Origin: Macrostomum hystrix
Taxonomy: Eukaryota > Animalia > Platyhelminthes
Length of the DNA stretch: 64,000 nt
Direction of reading: 5' to 3'
NCBI GenBank assembly: GCA_950097015.1
Contig: CATNEN010000001.1
Coordinates: forward strand, 25,048,001 to 25,112,000
Notes under the pieces: generated by a model
Told to the model about the DNA's origin: nothing
The model's database searches: none
Seen by the model: only the letters and a program-made list of their open reading frames with translations
Part shown: positions 1 to 11,480 of the stretch, one piece after another
Layout of the letters: the number at the start of each line of letters is the position of its first letter
Position numbering within the stretch: position 1 is the stretch's first letter
Position numbers and translations under genes: made by a program

Positions 1-184
1 CACTCTCCCGCCTCGTCTGTCACTCTCCCGTCTCGTCTGTCACTCTCCCGCCTCGTCTGTCACTCTCCCGCCTCGTCTGTCACTCTCCTGCCTCGTCTGT
101 CACTCTCCCGCCTCGTCTGTCACTCTCCCGCCTCGTCTGTCACTCTCCCGCCTCGTCTGTCACTCTCCCGCCACGTCTGTCACT
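1..184. repeat. 20-bp minisatellite (CACTCTCCCGCCTCGTCTGT)n, about 9 copies, truncated by the window start
   Basis: Exact 20-nt periodicity read directly. It ends about 50 nt before a candidate acceptor (ccttag, ~234). Confidence 0.97.
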
Positions 185-731
185 CTTCTGATTCCTCTGT
201 CACTCACTCTCCTCCCCGGTCTGTCTGTCCTTAGCGGATCGAGTTCAAGATTTCGCAGCCAGACGCAGTGACGGCTTCGTAGCGAATCACCTGGCAGACG
301 AAGCCGGTCACATCTCAGGCCGCTCGCGCACTGGCGATGGTGGCAACTACGATCACTGTTAGTCAGCCGAATTTCTTAGAATTTTGTCCACTTAATTCAG
401 ATAGGTTTCTTAGAATCATCCCAAAAACGTCGCAGGGTTCGGAGATCAGAAAAATTCTGCCAGGCCGACCAATCACTGGCGATATCGATCGGACATTGGC
501 CGTATCGATGATGAGTCACCAATCTCCAACAGCAAGGAGCTCAGAAGGGTAAGATGTGCTCACTTTGCTCGCGTGCTGTCTCACATTTTTTTCTATAACA
601 AGCCAGAATATTTTCGTTTCTTGGTGACGGACTAACGACCATTGGTTGTAACTTAGTTTAATTAATTTAATTCTTTTCTACTTTTTTAGCCGGAGAAAAA
701 CTATTTTAAAGCTCACCTTTGCATCCAGTGG

Positions 732-1432
732 CTCACTCCGTTACCCCACTGCATCCTCAGTCACTCACTCCGTTACCCCACTAAATCCTCTGTCACTCAC
801 TCCGTCACCCCAAAGAATCCGCAGTCACTCACTCCGTTACCCCACTGCATCCTCAGTCACTCACTCCGTTACCCCACTAAATCCTCTGTCACTCACTCCG
901 TCACCCCAAAGAATCCGCAGTCACTCACTCCGTTACCCCACTACATCCTCTGTCACTCACTCCGTCACCCCACTGCATCCTCTGTCACTCACTCCGTTAC
1001 CCCACTACATCCTCTGTCACTCACTCCGTCACCCCACTGCATCCTCAGTCACTCACTCCGTTACCCCACTACATCCTCTGTCACTCACTCCGTCACCCCA
1101 CTGAATCCGCAGTCACTCACTCCGTTACCCCACTACATCCTCTGTCACTCACTCCGTTACCCCACTGCATCCTCTGTCACTCACTCCGTTACCCCACTAC
1201 ATCCTCTGTCACTCACTCCGTTACCCCACTGCATCCTCTGTCACTCACTCCGTTACCCCACTACATCCTCTGTCACTCACTCCGTTACCCCACTACATCC
1301 TCTGTCACTCACTCCGTCACCCCACTGAATCCGCAGTCACTCACTCCGTTACCCCACTGCATCCTCAGTAACTCACTCCGTTACCCCACTGCATCCTCTG
1401 TCACTCACTCCGTTACCCCACTGAATCTTCTG
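732..1432. repeat. 32-bp minisatellite (CTCACTCCGTTACCCCACTGCATCCTCTGTCA)n, about 22 copies
   Basis: Units start at 732, 764 and so on, with a few variant positions. Confidence 0.97.
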
Positions 1433-2865
1433 TATGAGTGTTGACCAAAAGTCAGATGACATGTTGATTAAAGGAATTCGTTTCATAAAAAACTAACCAT
1501 TATTTACAAAAAAGGTACTTATACCTACCTGAATAATTAAAATGACACAAACTGTGCAAACGACAGGTGCCCCCGTCTCCATCGTGGCCTTTGAACTGCG
1601 TGAGTGTATAAAAAAGCTGCTCATTACATCTTTACACTTTTGTGATGAAGGATTGCCAATAGTTCAATCTTTGGTGGTTTCAGAGTGAGAACAGCTCTGA
1701 ATGTAGGCCTAGTTTAGGCTGAGGTTTTCTAAAGGCATGCTATAATAATTATCCCACAAGCAATCTTCCTGAAGAGATTCAAACTTGCAATATTGCGTTT
1801 TTGTCGCAAAACAAATTCTAATAATAAAAATCTTATTAACTAACAAATCCTGCTTTCATGCAAACTATGAAATAATATCAATCCATCAGACTTTAAAATG
1901 AAGCATGATAGTTTGCAATTTTGTCATAGCAAACCTTTTTCAACACCGTCCATTGGTGATACCGAGAGGTGTTCTCATAGGAACGCCGAAAGTTGCATCC
2001 GTTCAGGTGTCAAAGTGTCAAATTATTTCAGCCTGTCCACAATGATACAACCTTCAAGCGTCAGCAGCAGCAGCGGCATCAGGTCCCTCGAGAAATCGAG
2101 ATCACTGATCTTCGTAGTCAGCAACAGTCCGTGGGGTCCGGCCACCTCGCAGACAGCGCCGCCTGGTGGCAGACTCTGCAACCGACCTCTGGGCCAGCCA
2201 GATCTGACACCTCTGGTGGAGGCAGCCAAAGACGAGCTGTCAGCAATCGGAGAGGTATGCCAGCAACGTAATGCAGTTAAAGCATGTTTATTTGAAAACA
2301 AGAAATACCGGTTCGAACACCGGTCGGAACACCGGTCGGATGCACGTGGCTTCTCTGACAAGCTCGGTGTATTTGATTTCTTTCATGCAATACAATGAGT
2401 CATCGCAGTAAGAGACGGTCTTTGCGGCTTGAATCTCAAAGGTCCCCTGCACAAGAAAGAGAAGTGCCCCTGCACAGGCATACAATAAAAAAAATAGGGC
2501 AGCTACCTGGGGGAGGGGGGTGGGGCAGACAGGGGAGGCACCACCACAAACCAAAGTCAAGCCAACAGCCCGCAGGGGGAGGGGAGGGAATTGTATGCAC
2601 AGGCCGGGTTGACGGGCAAAGATACGTAGAGCTGATTGGCGGGAGGGGCAAAGCCACGGATGGCTGGGGTAAGGGTTTACAGACAACGCCCGCACCCAGC
2701 CAATCAGGTTGCGGCACAGGGCACACACAGCAGGGACGGGGAAGAGGGTGAGAGAGAGCGAGGCCAAGGCCGAGTCAACCGAACCAGCGTGAAACAACGG
2801 CCTGGCGGGCAGTCGCAACCGCCTCAAGAACGCACGCCCTGCAATTTATTTTTAAAAAATTACAG

Positions 2866-5800
2866 AGGCCACGCTTAGAGCCTCAGCCGAGCAGCTGGAC
2901 CACCTGTCTCGACGTGATGGCACCTCGGGCTCGTTCTCGGCTTTGGCGGCCGCTTCTGCATCGCACCATCGCTCCGCCAGCGACGCAGCAGTCAGAAACT
3001 ACCAGAACAGAGAAGACAGCCAGGACTATGAAGCGGCTCCTGTGACAATGAGCAAAGCTGGGACAGAGAAGGACAGCGCATGGACTCGGGAAGCCGAGGC
3101 TGCGATGTCGCTGTGGTATCAGCCAAAGATCTCTCGGGAGCAAGGTTAGCTGAATGATTTTTTGACAGCTCTAGAGGATGGCATAGATCTGCATTGACAA
3201 GCTGAAGCTCTTAGCTGGAAAATGATGATTAGGGAATCATTTTCTTCAATATTTTACATGGCTGCAAAATCTCTAATGATGCATTAGAAGCTGCACACAC
3301 TGACAGCTTTTAGACAGATGATAAAAGCATGTAAATCGAAAGCCAGACATGTGCACAGATGAACCAGGTGAGCGTCCACTTGATTAAGAAAGCCAGATTT
3401 TTTAAAGAGGATTTGAAATCAAACCCATCGCTTGTAATAATCATGAGCAGTAAAACTGTGAAACTGTAAAACTGGATCAACCCAGAGAGGGAGAGGGTTA
3501 TCGCGTTTGCCTCTCGCACCTGGGTCCCTGAGCTCGAACCCCACATTTATTTGGGGCGCATCGGTGGAGAGAAGGCTTGGGGGCTTGTCGTGCAATTTAC
3601 ACCCTTGAGGGCCAACCTCCAAAGCACAGTGAATTGTGCACTGCTTGATGACCAGAAAGTCAGGGCAGATGTACACAGCTGTGTGAGCGTGTGCCTGCCT
3701 ACAGTATCTGCGTGCGTGTGTGCTCAGATTTCAGCGAAACGGTCAGAACTTCTTCATGCGATGTGCCAAAACAAATGATGTGCCATTGCCCGCATCCGTC
3801 TTGCAATTATTTTATTTTTATTTCACCACATTTTGTAGCCATAGCTGCTCTCCGCGACGCCCAGCCAGGCAGTTTTCTAGTTCGCGACTCAAAGACTTAC
3901 CCCGGCGCCTACGGACTGGCTCTGAGAGTGTCGCGACCGCCGCCTATCACGAGCAAAACATTGCCGCCGATTCAGGATCCGCGCGACAGTTTGGTGCGGC
4001 ACTTCCTCATCGAGGTGTCGTCCGGAGGTGGCGTCCAACTTCGCGGCTGCTCGAACGAGCCGGTGTTCCGCAGCCTGGCGGAGCTGATCCAGTGTCACTC
4101 GGTGACGCCACTGGCACTGCCTTGCTGCCTTCGACTGCCGAAGATGGCTTCAGGAATGACGAAGGTGCAGAACACAAAAATAGTTTCGCAGCATCAACAG
4201 TTGAGAAATCGTCGGTTAGACGACGGGACGTCCGGTCGTCGAGGAACCAGTTGAGTTTCTGGGGTAAATACGTTTCGTGGTAGAGTTGTTGTAGAGGATT
4301 ACGCTTAGAAAATCAGTCCACGCACTGGTCGCTTGAAATGCAATTAAGAATCGCAATGAATATTTTTGTTGCACACTGCAGTTTCATAGCGTCAAAAGTG
4401 CGCACAATTATCCGAAAAAACGTATATACGACGTACAAAAGTACTTTTTATTTCCCACTTTAAATTGTTTTAAAAATCATATTGTATAAAGGATAAACAG
4501 TTTCTAGATGTTTTTTTGTGTTCTTGTGTACCGAACTAAAGGCATTCTTATTCTTGTCAAGTGGTATTTATTGATGCAGACTATTTAATACCGCTAAAAC
4601 CTATCTCGAACACCAACCAGCCTGCAAGGTTCTGTACTTCTGCACAACCGACGTTCCGGAGTCAGGTCAGCACTGGCCGCCGCACAAGGCGGTGTCAGCC
4701 GCTGTCGGGAATGTGTCGTCGAACGGGGGCGTCGGGCCTCGACCAATCGAGTGCCGCATGCGGATCAGCAGCCGCGGGGTGAAGCTGAGCGGACTGGGCT
4801 GGCACACCGAGTTCCGGCTGGCCTACGCCGCCGAGGACTGCGTGGCCTGCGATGTGGACCCGGCTGGGCGGAGGTGAGTCAGCGGAGCCTCTCGAAGCTG
4901 ATGTCACGTCTGCTAACGCATCTCGGAAAATCTATGTTCCACTTAACTCTGTTGGGCGGGGCAGTGGCAGAGCGCACCAACGTCCCTGAGCTCGATTCCG
5001 CGGTGAGGCCACATTCATCTGGGGCGCAGCCGCGGAGAGAAGCTTGGAGGCTTGTCGTACAATTTACGCCCTTGAGGGCCAGTCTCCAAGTCACTGTGAG
5101 TTTGTACACTTCCTGACGATGAGAAAGTCAGGGCAGATGTACACACCTGTTTGAGCGTATGCCTGCGAACGGTATCTGTTTGCGTGTGTGCTCAGGGGTC
5201 AGCGAAACCTAGTGTCACCAAATGATGTGCATTGCTTGCAGACCTCCTGCAATTATTGTTATAAGTTCTGTCTGTTGGTCCAAATTAACGGTCAGTTGGT
5301 CTCGGTGCTTTCAAAGACTGTGTACAGCTTTTTAATAACTTTTAACACTGCTTTTTCTAATTGGACATACCTTTAGAAGGCACACGAATGAATGCTATCT
5401 GAAAGTAAAAACTAAATAAAGGGCTCTTAAATCAATCGATACTGTCTATACTCGTAATTTCTCAATGTATACTTTTAACTACCTCAATTCTCATTGTTCT
5501 AGATTTACGGATGCAATGGGAGTGCACAGAGCAGCCAGGTAACATTTGCATTCTTCTTCGTCTTCTGTCTAAAGTGGGCCCCAGCAAATAAAAAAACACT
5601 AGCGGAATATTTGCACTTTTCGGCTTTCTTCTAAGTAACTAATGCGGGTTCTGAGAATCAAAAGAAGAAGAGTTTGATGAAAAGAAAAATGTCTGATTTA
5701 AAAACAGGACCTTTAAAACATTATAATCAATTACAATGATATAGTATTGTGTAGAAATATACCATGGCATACAATGTCCCACTACCCTTTCCCATCTCCT

Positions 5801-5964
5801 CCAGCCTATTCGGCCTGGTCGTGAAGAAATATGGTTTCTATGGCGACCAGAACGCCTGCCTGGTGCTCGGCGGAAATTTGGACTGTACCGCGGCCACCAT
5901 AGTCGATTGCGTGAATCGAGTCTGCATGCGAGCCCCGGACAACCACAGGATTCGGCATCACTGA
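2866..5964 (+). CDS. tns: Tensin-like SH2 + PTB protein, 3' exons: 2866-3144, 3839-~4249, 4621-4873, 5503-5538, 5805-5964. Further upstream exons are probable (~235-357, ~464-548, ~2031-2267).
   Basis: The spliced product reads WYQPKISREQ|AIAALRDAQPGSFLVRDSKTYPGAYGLALRV...LVRHFLIE...GVQLRGCSNEPVFRSLAELIQCHSVTPLALPCCLRLP (tensin SH2). It continues CKVLY...CDVDPAGRR|FTDAMGVHRAAS|LFGLVVKK...NACLV...IVDCVNRV (tensin PTB). GT-AG sites are phase-consistent, but the donor near 4249 is uncertain. Confidence 0.88.
3488..3822 (+). mobile_element. tRNA-derived SINE family A copy (intronic)
   Basis: Colinear with the copies at 4953, 19662 and 49662: CGCGTTTGCCTCTCGCACC..TCCCTGAGCTCGA head, GAAAGTCAGGGCAGATGTACAC body, AT-rich tail. 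Confidence 0.88.
4953..5262 (+). mobile_element. SINE family A copy with internal deletions
   Basis: A-box GTGGCAGAGCG, B-box-like GAGCTCGATTCC, shared body, tail GCAATTATTGTTAT. Confidence 0.88.
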
Positions 5965-6094
5965 ACTGCCGACATCCACCCCATTCAAACTCGCCTGCCG
6001 CTAGCGACTCACCCACCTAACTACTGAATTAAAACAAGTATTCGAAATCGATCTTCAGTGCAAAGCCGAGCTATAAGGGTGCAAGTGCAGAGAA

Positions 6095-6422
6095 GAATAA
6101 CAATAATAATAAAAATTCATGAGGGCTGCGGACTATGGCACATCATTTGATGACAATCGACCCGCAGCCAGCGAAGAGGCAATTCTGCCCATGAGCACAC
6201 AGGCTCACAGGTGTATGCATCTGCCCTGACTTTCCCATCTTCAGGCAGTGGACACTTCAATATACCTTGGAGGTTGGCCATCATGGGCGTAGATGACGCG
6301 ACAAGGCCCTAAGCATTCTCTCTGCGGCAGCGCCTTAAATAAATGTGTCCTCCCTGCGGAATCGAACTCAGGGACCTTGGTGCGAGAGGCGATCGTGTTA
6401 GACCGCTCTGCCACCGACCCTG
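6095..6422 (-). mobile_element. SINE family A copy
   Basis: Reverse complement of the family consensus, from the (AAT)n tail at ~6095 to ..CCGCTCTGCCACCGACCC at ~6420. Confidence 0.85.
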
Positions 6423-7221
6423 CAGAGAAGCACGGTGTGTGTGTGACGTGTCTGTTAGATTCGCTGATTCATCAGCACAGCATGTGGGCCATGGAACAGG
6501 ATGCAAGCCATATAGTTCCCTGGCTGCAAACCTGTTCTTTCATTTCTCCTTCGCAGAAGACACCATAAAGTGAAGCTGCCGGATCTGGGCACCTCTATTT
6601 TTCTCATCAGCCGTGATTGACACTGGGTCGGGAGGCCGAATCCAGGTGTGTCAGTCAGGGCTGAAGCCAAGCCTTCAACTCCGTCATCCCCACAGCTAGC
6701 GCATGCATTATTCGATATCCCTGTCTCTTGTTTTCCCATATCCCATTTGGTCGGCACGCAGAATTTGCGGTGCGAAATTTCTTAAGTTTCATTTTCATGC
6801 ATCGCAACACGATCGGGTGCTGACGGGCGAAAGAATGCTGCTGCTGCTGCATATGTTTTTTATGCAAACTGCTTTATTGTCTATTTTACTGAATATAATT
6901 TGCTCAGAGGTGTTTCAGCAATACATAAATAAACTAATTGTTTAAATACTCGTAGCTTTAAATAAAAGTATTGTCTCAACCTAAAGATAAAACTATTCTG
7001 GCGCAAAAAAACATGAGAAAGCACTGTTTAGCTTTTTGATAGACCATTTGCCTGTGAATGCCTAAAATAGAATAGGAGTTAGCTTTTAGATTATAGTGGA
7101 TTATAGCTCGTAGATAAACCAAACGGATTAAATATAAGTCAACAACAAATAAAATGTAATTCTGTTGAAAATTGGACAGAGCAGAGAAGCTAGACCCACA
7201 GCATTCGAATTAAGTAAATTG

Positions 7222-7955
7222 GGGGTAGAGAAACTAGCCACTGACCACCAAATGTACATGTAAGTACATTGGGGTAGAGAAACTAGCCACTGACCACCAA
7301 ATGTACATGTAAGTACATTGGGGTAGAGAAACTAGCCACTGACCACCAAATGTACATGTAAGTACATTGGGGTAGAGAAACTAGCCACTGACCACCAAAT
7401 GTACATGTAAGTACATTGGGGTAGAGAAACTAGCCACTGACCACCAAATGTACTGTATGTAAGTACATTGGGGTAGAGAAACTAGCCACTGACCACCAAA
7501 TGTACATGTAAGTACATTGGGGTAGAGAAACTAGCCACTGACCACCAAATGTACATGTAAGTACATTGGGGTAGAGAAACTAGCCACTGACCACCAAATG
7601 TACTGTATGTAAGTACATTGGGGTAGAGAAACTAGCCACTGACCACCAAATGTACATGTAAGTACATTGGGGTAGAGAAACTAGCCACTGACCACGAAAT
7701 GTACATGTAAGTACATTGGGGTAGAGAAACTAGCCACTGACCACCAAATGTACTGTATGTAAGTACATTGGGGTAGAGAAACTAGCCACTGACCACCAAA
7801 TGTACATGTAAGTACATTGGGGTAGAGAAACTAGCCACTGACCACCAAATGTACATGTAAGTACATTGGGGTAGAGAAACTAGCCACTGACCACCAAATG
7901 TACATGTAAGTACATTGGGGTGGAGAAACTAGCCACTGACCACCAAATTTAAATA
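7222..7955. repeat. 49-bp minisatellite (GGGGTAGAGAAACTAGCCACTGACCACCAAATGTACATGTAAGTACATT)n, about 15 copies, some with 51-bp variants
   Basis: Units start at 7222, 7271 and so on. They are near-identical and have no spacers. Confidence 0.97.
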
Positions 7956-8234
7956 TAAGTACACGGGGGGGGCAAATACGAGGTGTAATTTATGGTATGG
8001 TTTAAAAAGAACTGTCCCCGGGTTACCATGCTAAATATGAGCTGAGAAGCAAACAATTCCCTATTACACCCTCAAGAACTTTGAAAACTGAAAAAAGTCG
8101 CAGTTATCACACATCAATGGTATAACTCGTCCCAAAAAATCTGCGCGGGTGCGTAGTCGACAAGCAAATGAGTAGTCGACAAGATCTCGTGTTACATTGT
8201 GACCACCCATTCGGAAGCGATCCGCACCGCGAAG

Positions 8235-8534
8235 TCAAGCCGGCGCGACACGATTCTCGGCCGTCTTGCCAATCGAGAAGCCGCACAGCATCTGGCGAGC
8301 CCGTCTCCTATAGACATGCGACGCGGCGATGCACATTGGGAAGTTGACAGCATAGTTCAGGTAGAAGAACATCTCAAGGCAGGCCTGGATCAGGTCGTGC
8401 CGGGCCGCTTCGGTTGCTGAGGGCAGTGGCAGAAGGCTGCGCAAGTTGAGGAAAGCAAAGTAGGGCAGCAGGAAGGTGAGGAAGGCTGCGGAGATGGCCA
8501 TTGCCAAGCGCACCGAGTTTCTCAGCTGGTCCCA

Positions 8535-8571
<37 letters not shown>

Positions 8572-9895
8572 GGCAGAAGACGCCTGCGAACACCCATCAG
8601 CAGCAGTCCGTTCATCACAATTGCGACTAGGGCTGGTGCGCAAGCTACCGTTGCCATGGCGATAGCGTTTCTCACCTCCCATGCGCGCAGCATGTCAGGA
8701 GCCGCCCAGCACACTTTTTGAGTAACCCGACGATTGGAGTTGCTGAAGTTTCCAACAATCATAGTAGCGTTGAAATCATTTTCCATTTCGAGATCTTCCT
8801 CGTTCACCTTTGTTAGTTGAAATGCAGAGATAATATGGCTTATCACTAATATGGCTCAGCTAAAAAATTCATCATGTAACCATGTCGCTCTTTATTGTTG
8901 ATTAAATTATTATTTTATTGCTGAACCAATATAGATTCGTCATAGGGCTTAATACAGAGGAATGTGTGCTTGTCACCTCGGCCTTCGATAAGAATCGCTG
9001 AACATCTCGACGATGCTGACGACGGAGGACTTTAGAATTAGCTCATTGTAAAGGACTGAAAATTACGATTCATATGGCCAACTTTCACGAAAATCGATCA
9101 TTCGGTTTGTGATCTATCGGGAAGTAGGCAGTGGGTATTTGAAATCCCAAGGGGAAAATAGTGTAGTCTGTCTACTGTTAAAAGTCGTTTTCGCCTGACA
9201 ACTTGGACAACTGGAACTGAAAGGATCCTTTTCTTGGAAATACGAGCGCATTATATCCCCTGTCAAAACGCTAAGATAAAGTACATAAAATTAAACAACC
9301 TAAAAGCCATTTAGGAAACATTTTAGACCATGCAGAAACTAATGTTGTAGTTGAGCCAAAAGTCTGACTGGACCTCAAACTGAGCCTCTCAAACCTGAAG
9401 TCCGACAAGCAGAATGGCATTCTTGGCCACAGCAAGCAGGTGTAGAGCCATAATGACTCCCGTCGCAACTCCCTCGGTGCACAATCGTCGACTCCGAACC
9501 GGCAGGTAAAGAGCCAGCACCCTGTCCGTGGCCAGACATGGCACCAGCCACACGGCCACATCCGCCAGCCAGTAGTTGACGAACATCTGGCTCTTGCAGG
9601 CCGCATCAGAGACAGTGAAAATGTCCTGGCCAGTTGCTCCGAAGATGAATGTTCTCCAGCACAGAGAGTGCACCGTCAGAGTGTTGGTCACAGCGAGAGC
9701 TTTCAGGTAGCGAACGGATCCTCCACCGACGCCCCCTCGAGTCCCGCCAGATGTTCTGACGGCCTCCGCAGAGCGGTGAAGAACCAGATAGCAGAGGCAG
9801 TTGCCCACAGTGGAAGCCAGTATCATGGGAATGCTGATCAGCGCCAGAAATCTGCGGTGACTTTGGCGAATTGATTCCAGCTCCGCTTCGCTCAT
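8235..9895 (-). CDS. Rhodopsin-class (peptide-receptor-like) GPCR, exons 9895-9395 and 8807-8235
   Basis: TM1 GNxL (VGNCLCYLVL), TM2 YLKALAVTN, TM3 CK...LATDRVLALYLP, TM5, TM6 FLTFLLPY, TM7 LNYAVNFP. The phase-0 junction is CAG|gtttga ... aaag|GTG. ICL3 carries Q11. Confidence 0.85.
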
Positions 9896-9994
9896 GGTTT
9901 CTGGTCTGTGCTGCGTTCTCTGGAATCCAATGAATAATATTTATAATGCGAAAATTTTATTCGCACGAGAGCTGCGGGCACTGGCACAAAATGT

Positions 9995-10272
9995 GATTAC
10001 AGTTGACCCGCAGGGAGCGAGGAGCCAATTCTGCCCATTTCGCTGACTCCTGAGCACACACTCATACAGATGTGTACGACTGCCCTGACTTTCTCATCGT
10101 CAGGCAGTGTACACTCTCACTGTGCCTTGGACCTCAAGGGCGTAAATTGCACGACAAAACCCAAAGCCTTCTCTCCATAGTTATATCAAATGAAAGCGGC
10201 CTCGCCGCGGAATCGAGCTCAGGGACCTTGGTGCTAGAGGCAAACGCTTTAGACCGCTATGCCACCGACCCC
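9995..10272 (-). mobile_element. SINE family A copy, immediately upstream of the GPCR start
   Basis: Reverse match to the family, including CCCTGACTTTCTCATCGTCAGGCAG and GGAATCGAGCTCAGGGACCTTGGTGC. Confidence 0.85.
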
Positions 10273-10879
10273 CGAATTCTTCACTTCTTTAAAAGTACAT
10301 TCCGATCAAAAATCTACTCTAAAAAATTATTTTGAGGGTTGAAATTTAAGAGATGGTGGAAATTATATTTTGTATAGGTATCTGTCAGCCATGCGTACTT
10401 TAATTTATAACTGGGTGTTTCTGATCTTCGTCAATTATCCAGAAGGGAATCACTGAGATAAACAAAGCCAAATCTCTTTGTTAAAATAACATCATGCGGT
10501 GCCAGTCAACATGCTTACTGACACCCAAGTGTCATTTAAAATGCGTTCCCTTTATAACAAAAAAATTTGCAAAAGGTAACTAGATATGGAAAGTACAGAG
10601 AGCAGATCATACTCATGCTAATTTCGCGGATGATTGGAGCGCTTTTGATTGAGCAGTCAATACGGAATTACTTTTTTATCCATTTAATAGTGCATTTTCC
10701 GTAATATTTCTTTACTCAACAATATTCAAAGGCTGTTTAATATTACCATAATAATCGTCGTAAAATGAGTATTATAGCCGACTGAATGTAACTGTAAAAC
10801 AATCAACAGTAACATTGTGTTGAATGAAAAGGCACGGTTGTCAGTTCTATGAAGCTGACACACTAAGGAGATACCTTAA

Positions 10880-11226
10880 TAAAATAATAATAATTCTAGA
10901 TGGGTTGCGGGCAATGGCACCTTTAATTTGGTGACAGTAAGACCCGCAGATAGCGAGGAGCCAATTCTGCCCATTTCGCTGACTCCTGAGCACACACGCA
11001 TGCAAGCACTGCCCACTCACACAGGTGTGTACATCTGCCCCAACTTTCTCATCGTCAGGCAGTGTACACTCTCACTGTGCCTTGGAGGTCGGCCCTCAAT
11101 GGTGTAAATTACACATCAAGCCCCCAAGCCTTCTCTCTGCGGCTGCGCCCCAAACGAATGTGGCCTCGCCGCCTGAGTATTGAGCTCAGGGACCTTGGTG
11201 CGAGAGGCGAACGTGTCACTGACCCC
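10880..11226 (-). mobile_element. SINE family A copy, near full length
   Basis: (AAT)n tail at ~10880, full body and tRNA-like head in reverse orientation. Confidence 0.88.
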
Positions 11227-11363
11227 ATAGCATATGCCTTACAAGTTTTAATCTCGTATGAGATTGAGTATGTAAGCTCTATTAAAAATCTCAATCTGTA
11301 TTTTAGAGTTTCAATCGTTGGATCAGATTTCAATTTGTGTGCTTGAGCTCACAGGTGATTTTA

Positions 11364-11480
11364 GAGTAGCCTGTAGTGGTTAGAGCGTCGGACTCACACA
11401 TTGAGGTCGGGGGTTCGATTCCAAGATCCACAGAAACAATTTATGTCTATTAGCAAGACTTGAAACTCTCCATTGCTAAT
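11364..11480 (+). mobile_element. SINE family B (CORE-type) 5' fragment
   Basis: GTAGTGGTTAGAGCGTCGGACTCAC..GGTCGGGGGTTCGATTCC..AACAATTT..TTAGCAAGAC matches the 5' part of the copy at 41510. Confidence 0.8.

Noticed and set aside
2440-2845. G-rich island in a tensin intron as a solo LTR or gene
   Set aside because: No TSD, PBS/PPT, second copy or convincing protein is visible. Possibly a repeat, but not classifiable here.
7222-7955. CRISPR array (also considered for the other tandem repeats)
   Set aside because: No unique spacers, no cas genes, and a eukaryotic context.
9131-9180. Short similarity with 32986-33050 (GGGTATTTGAAAT..GGGGAAAATAG..TCTACTGTT)
   Set aside because: Probably a dispersed-repeat fragment, but too short to define ends or class.
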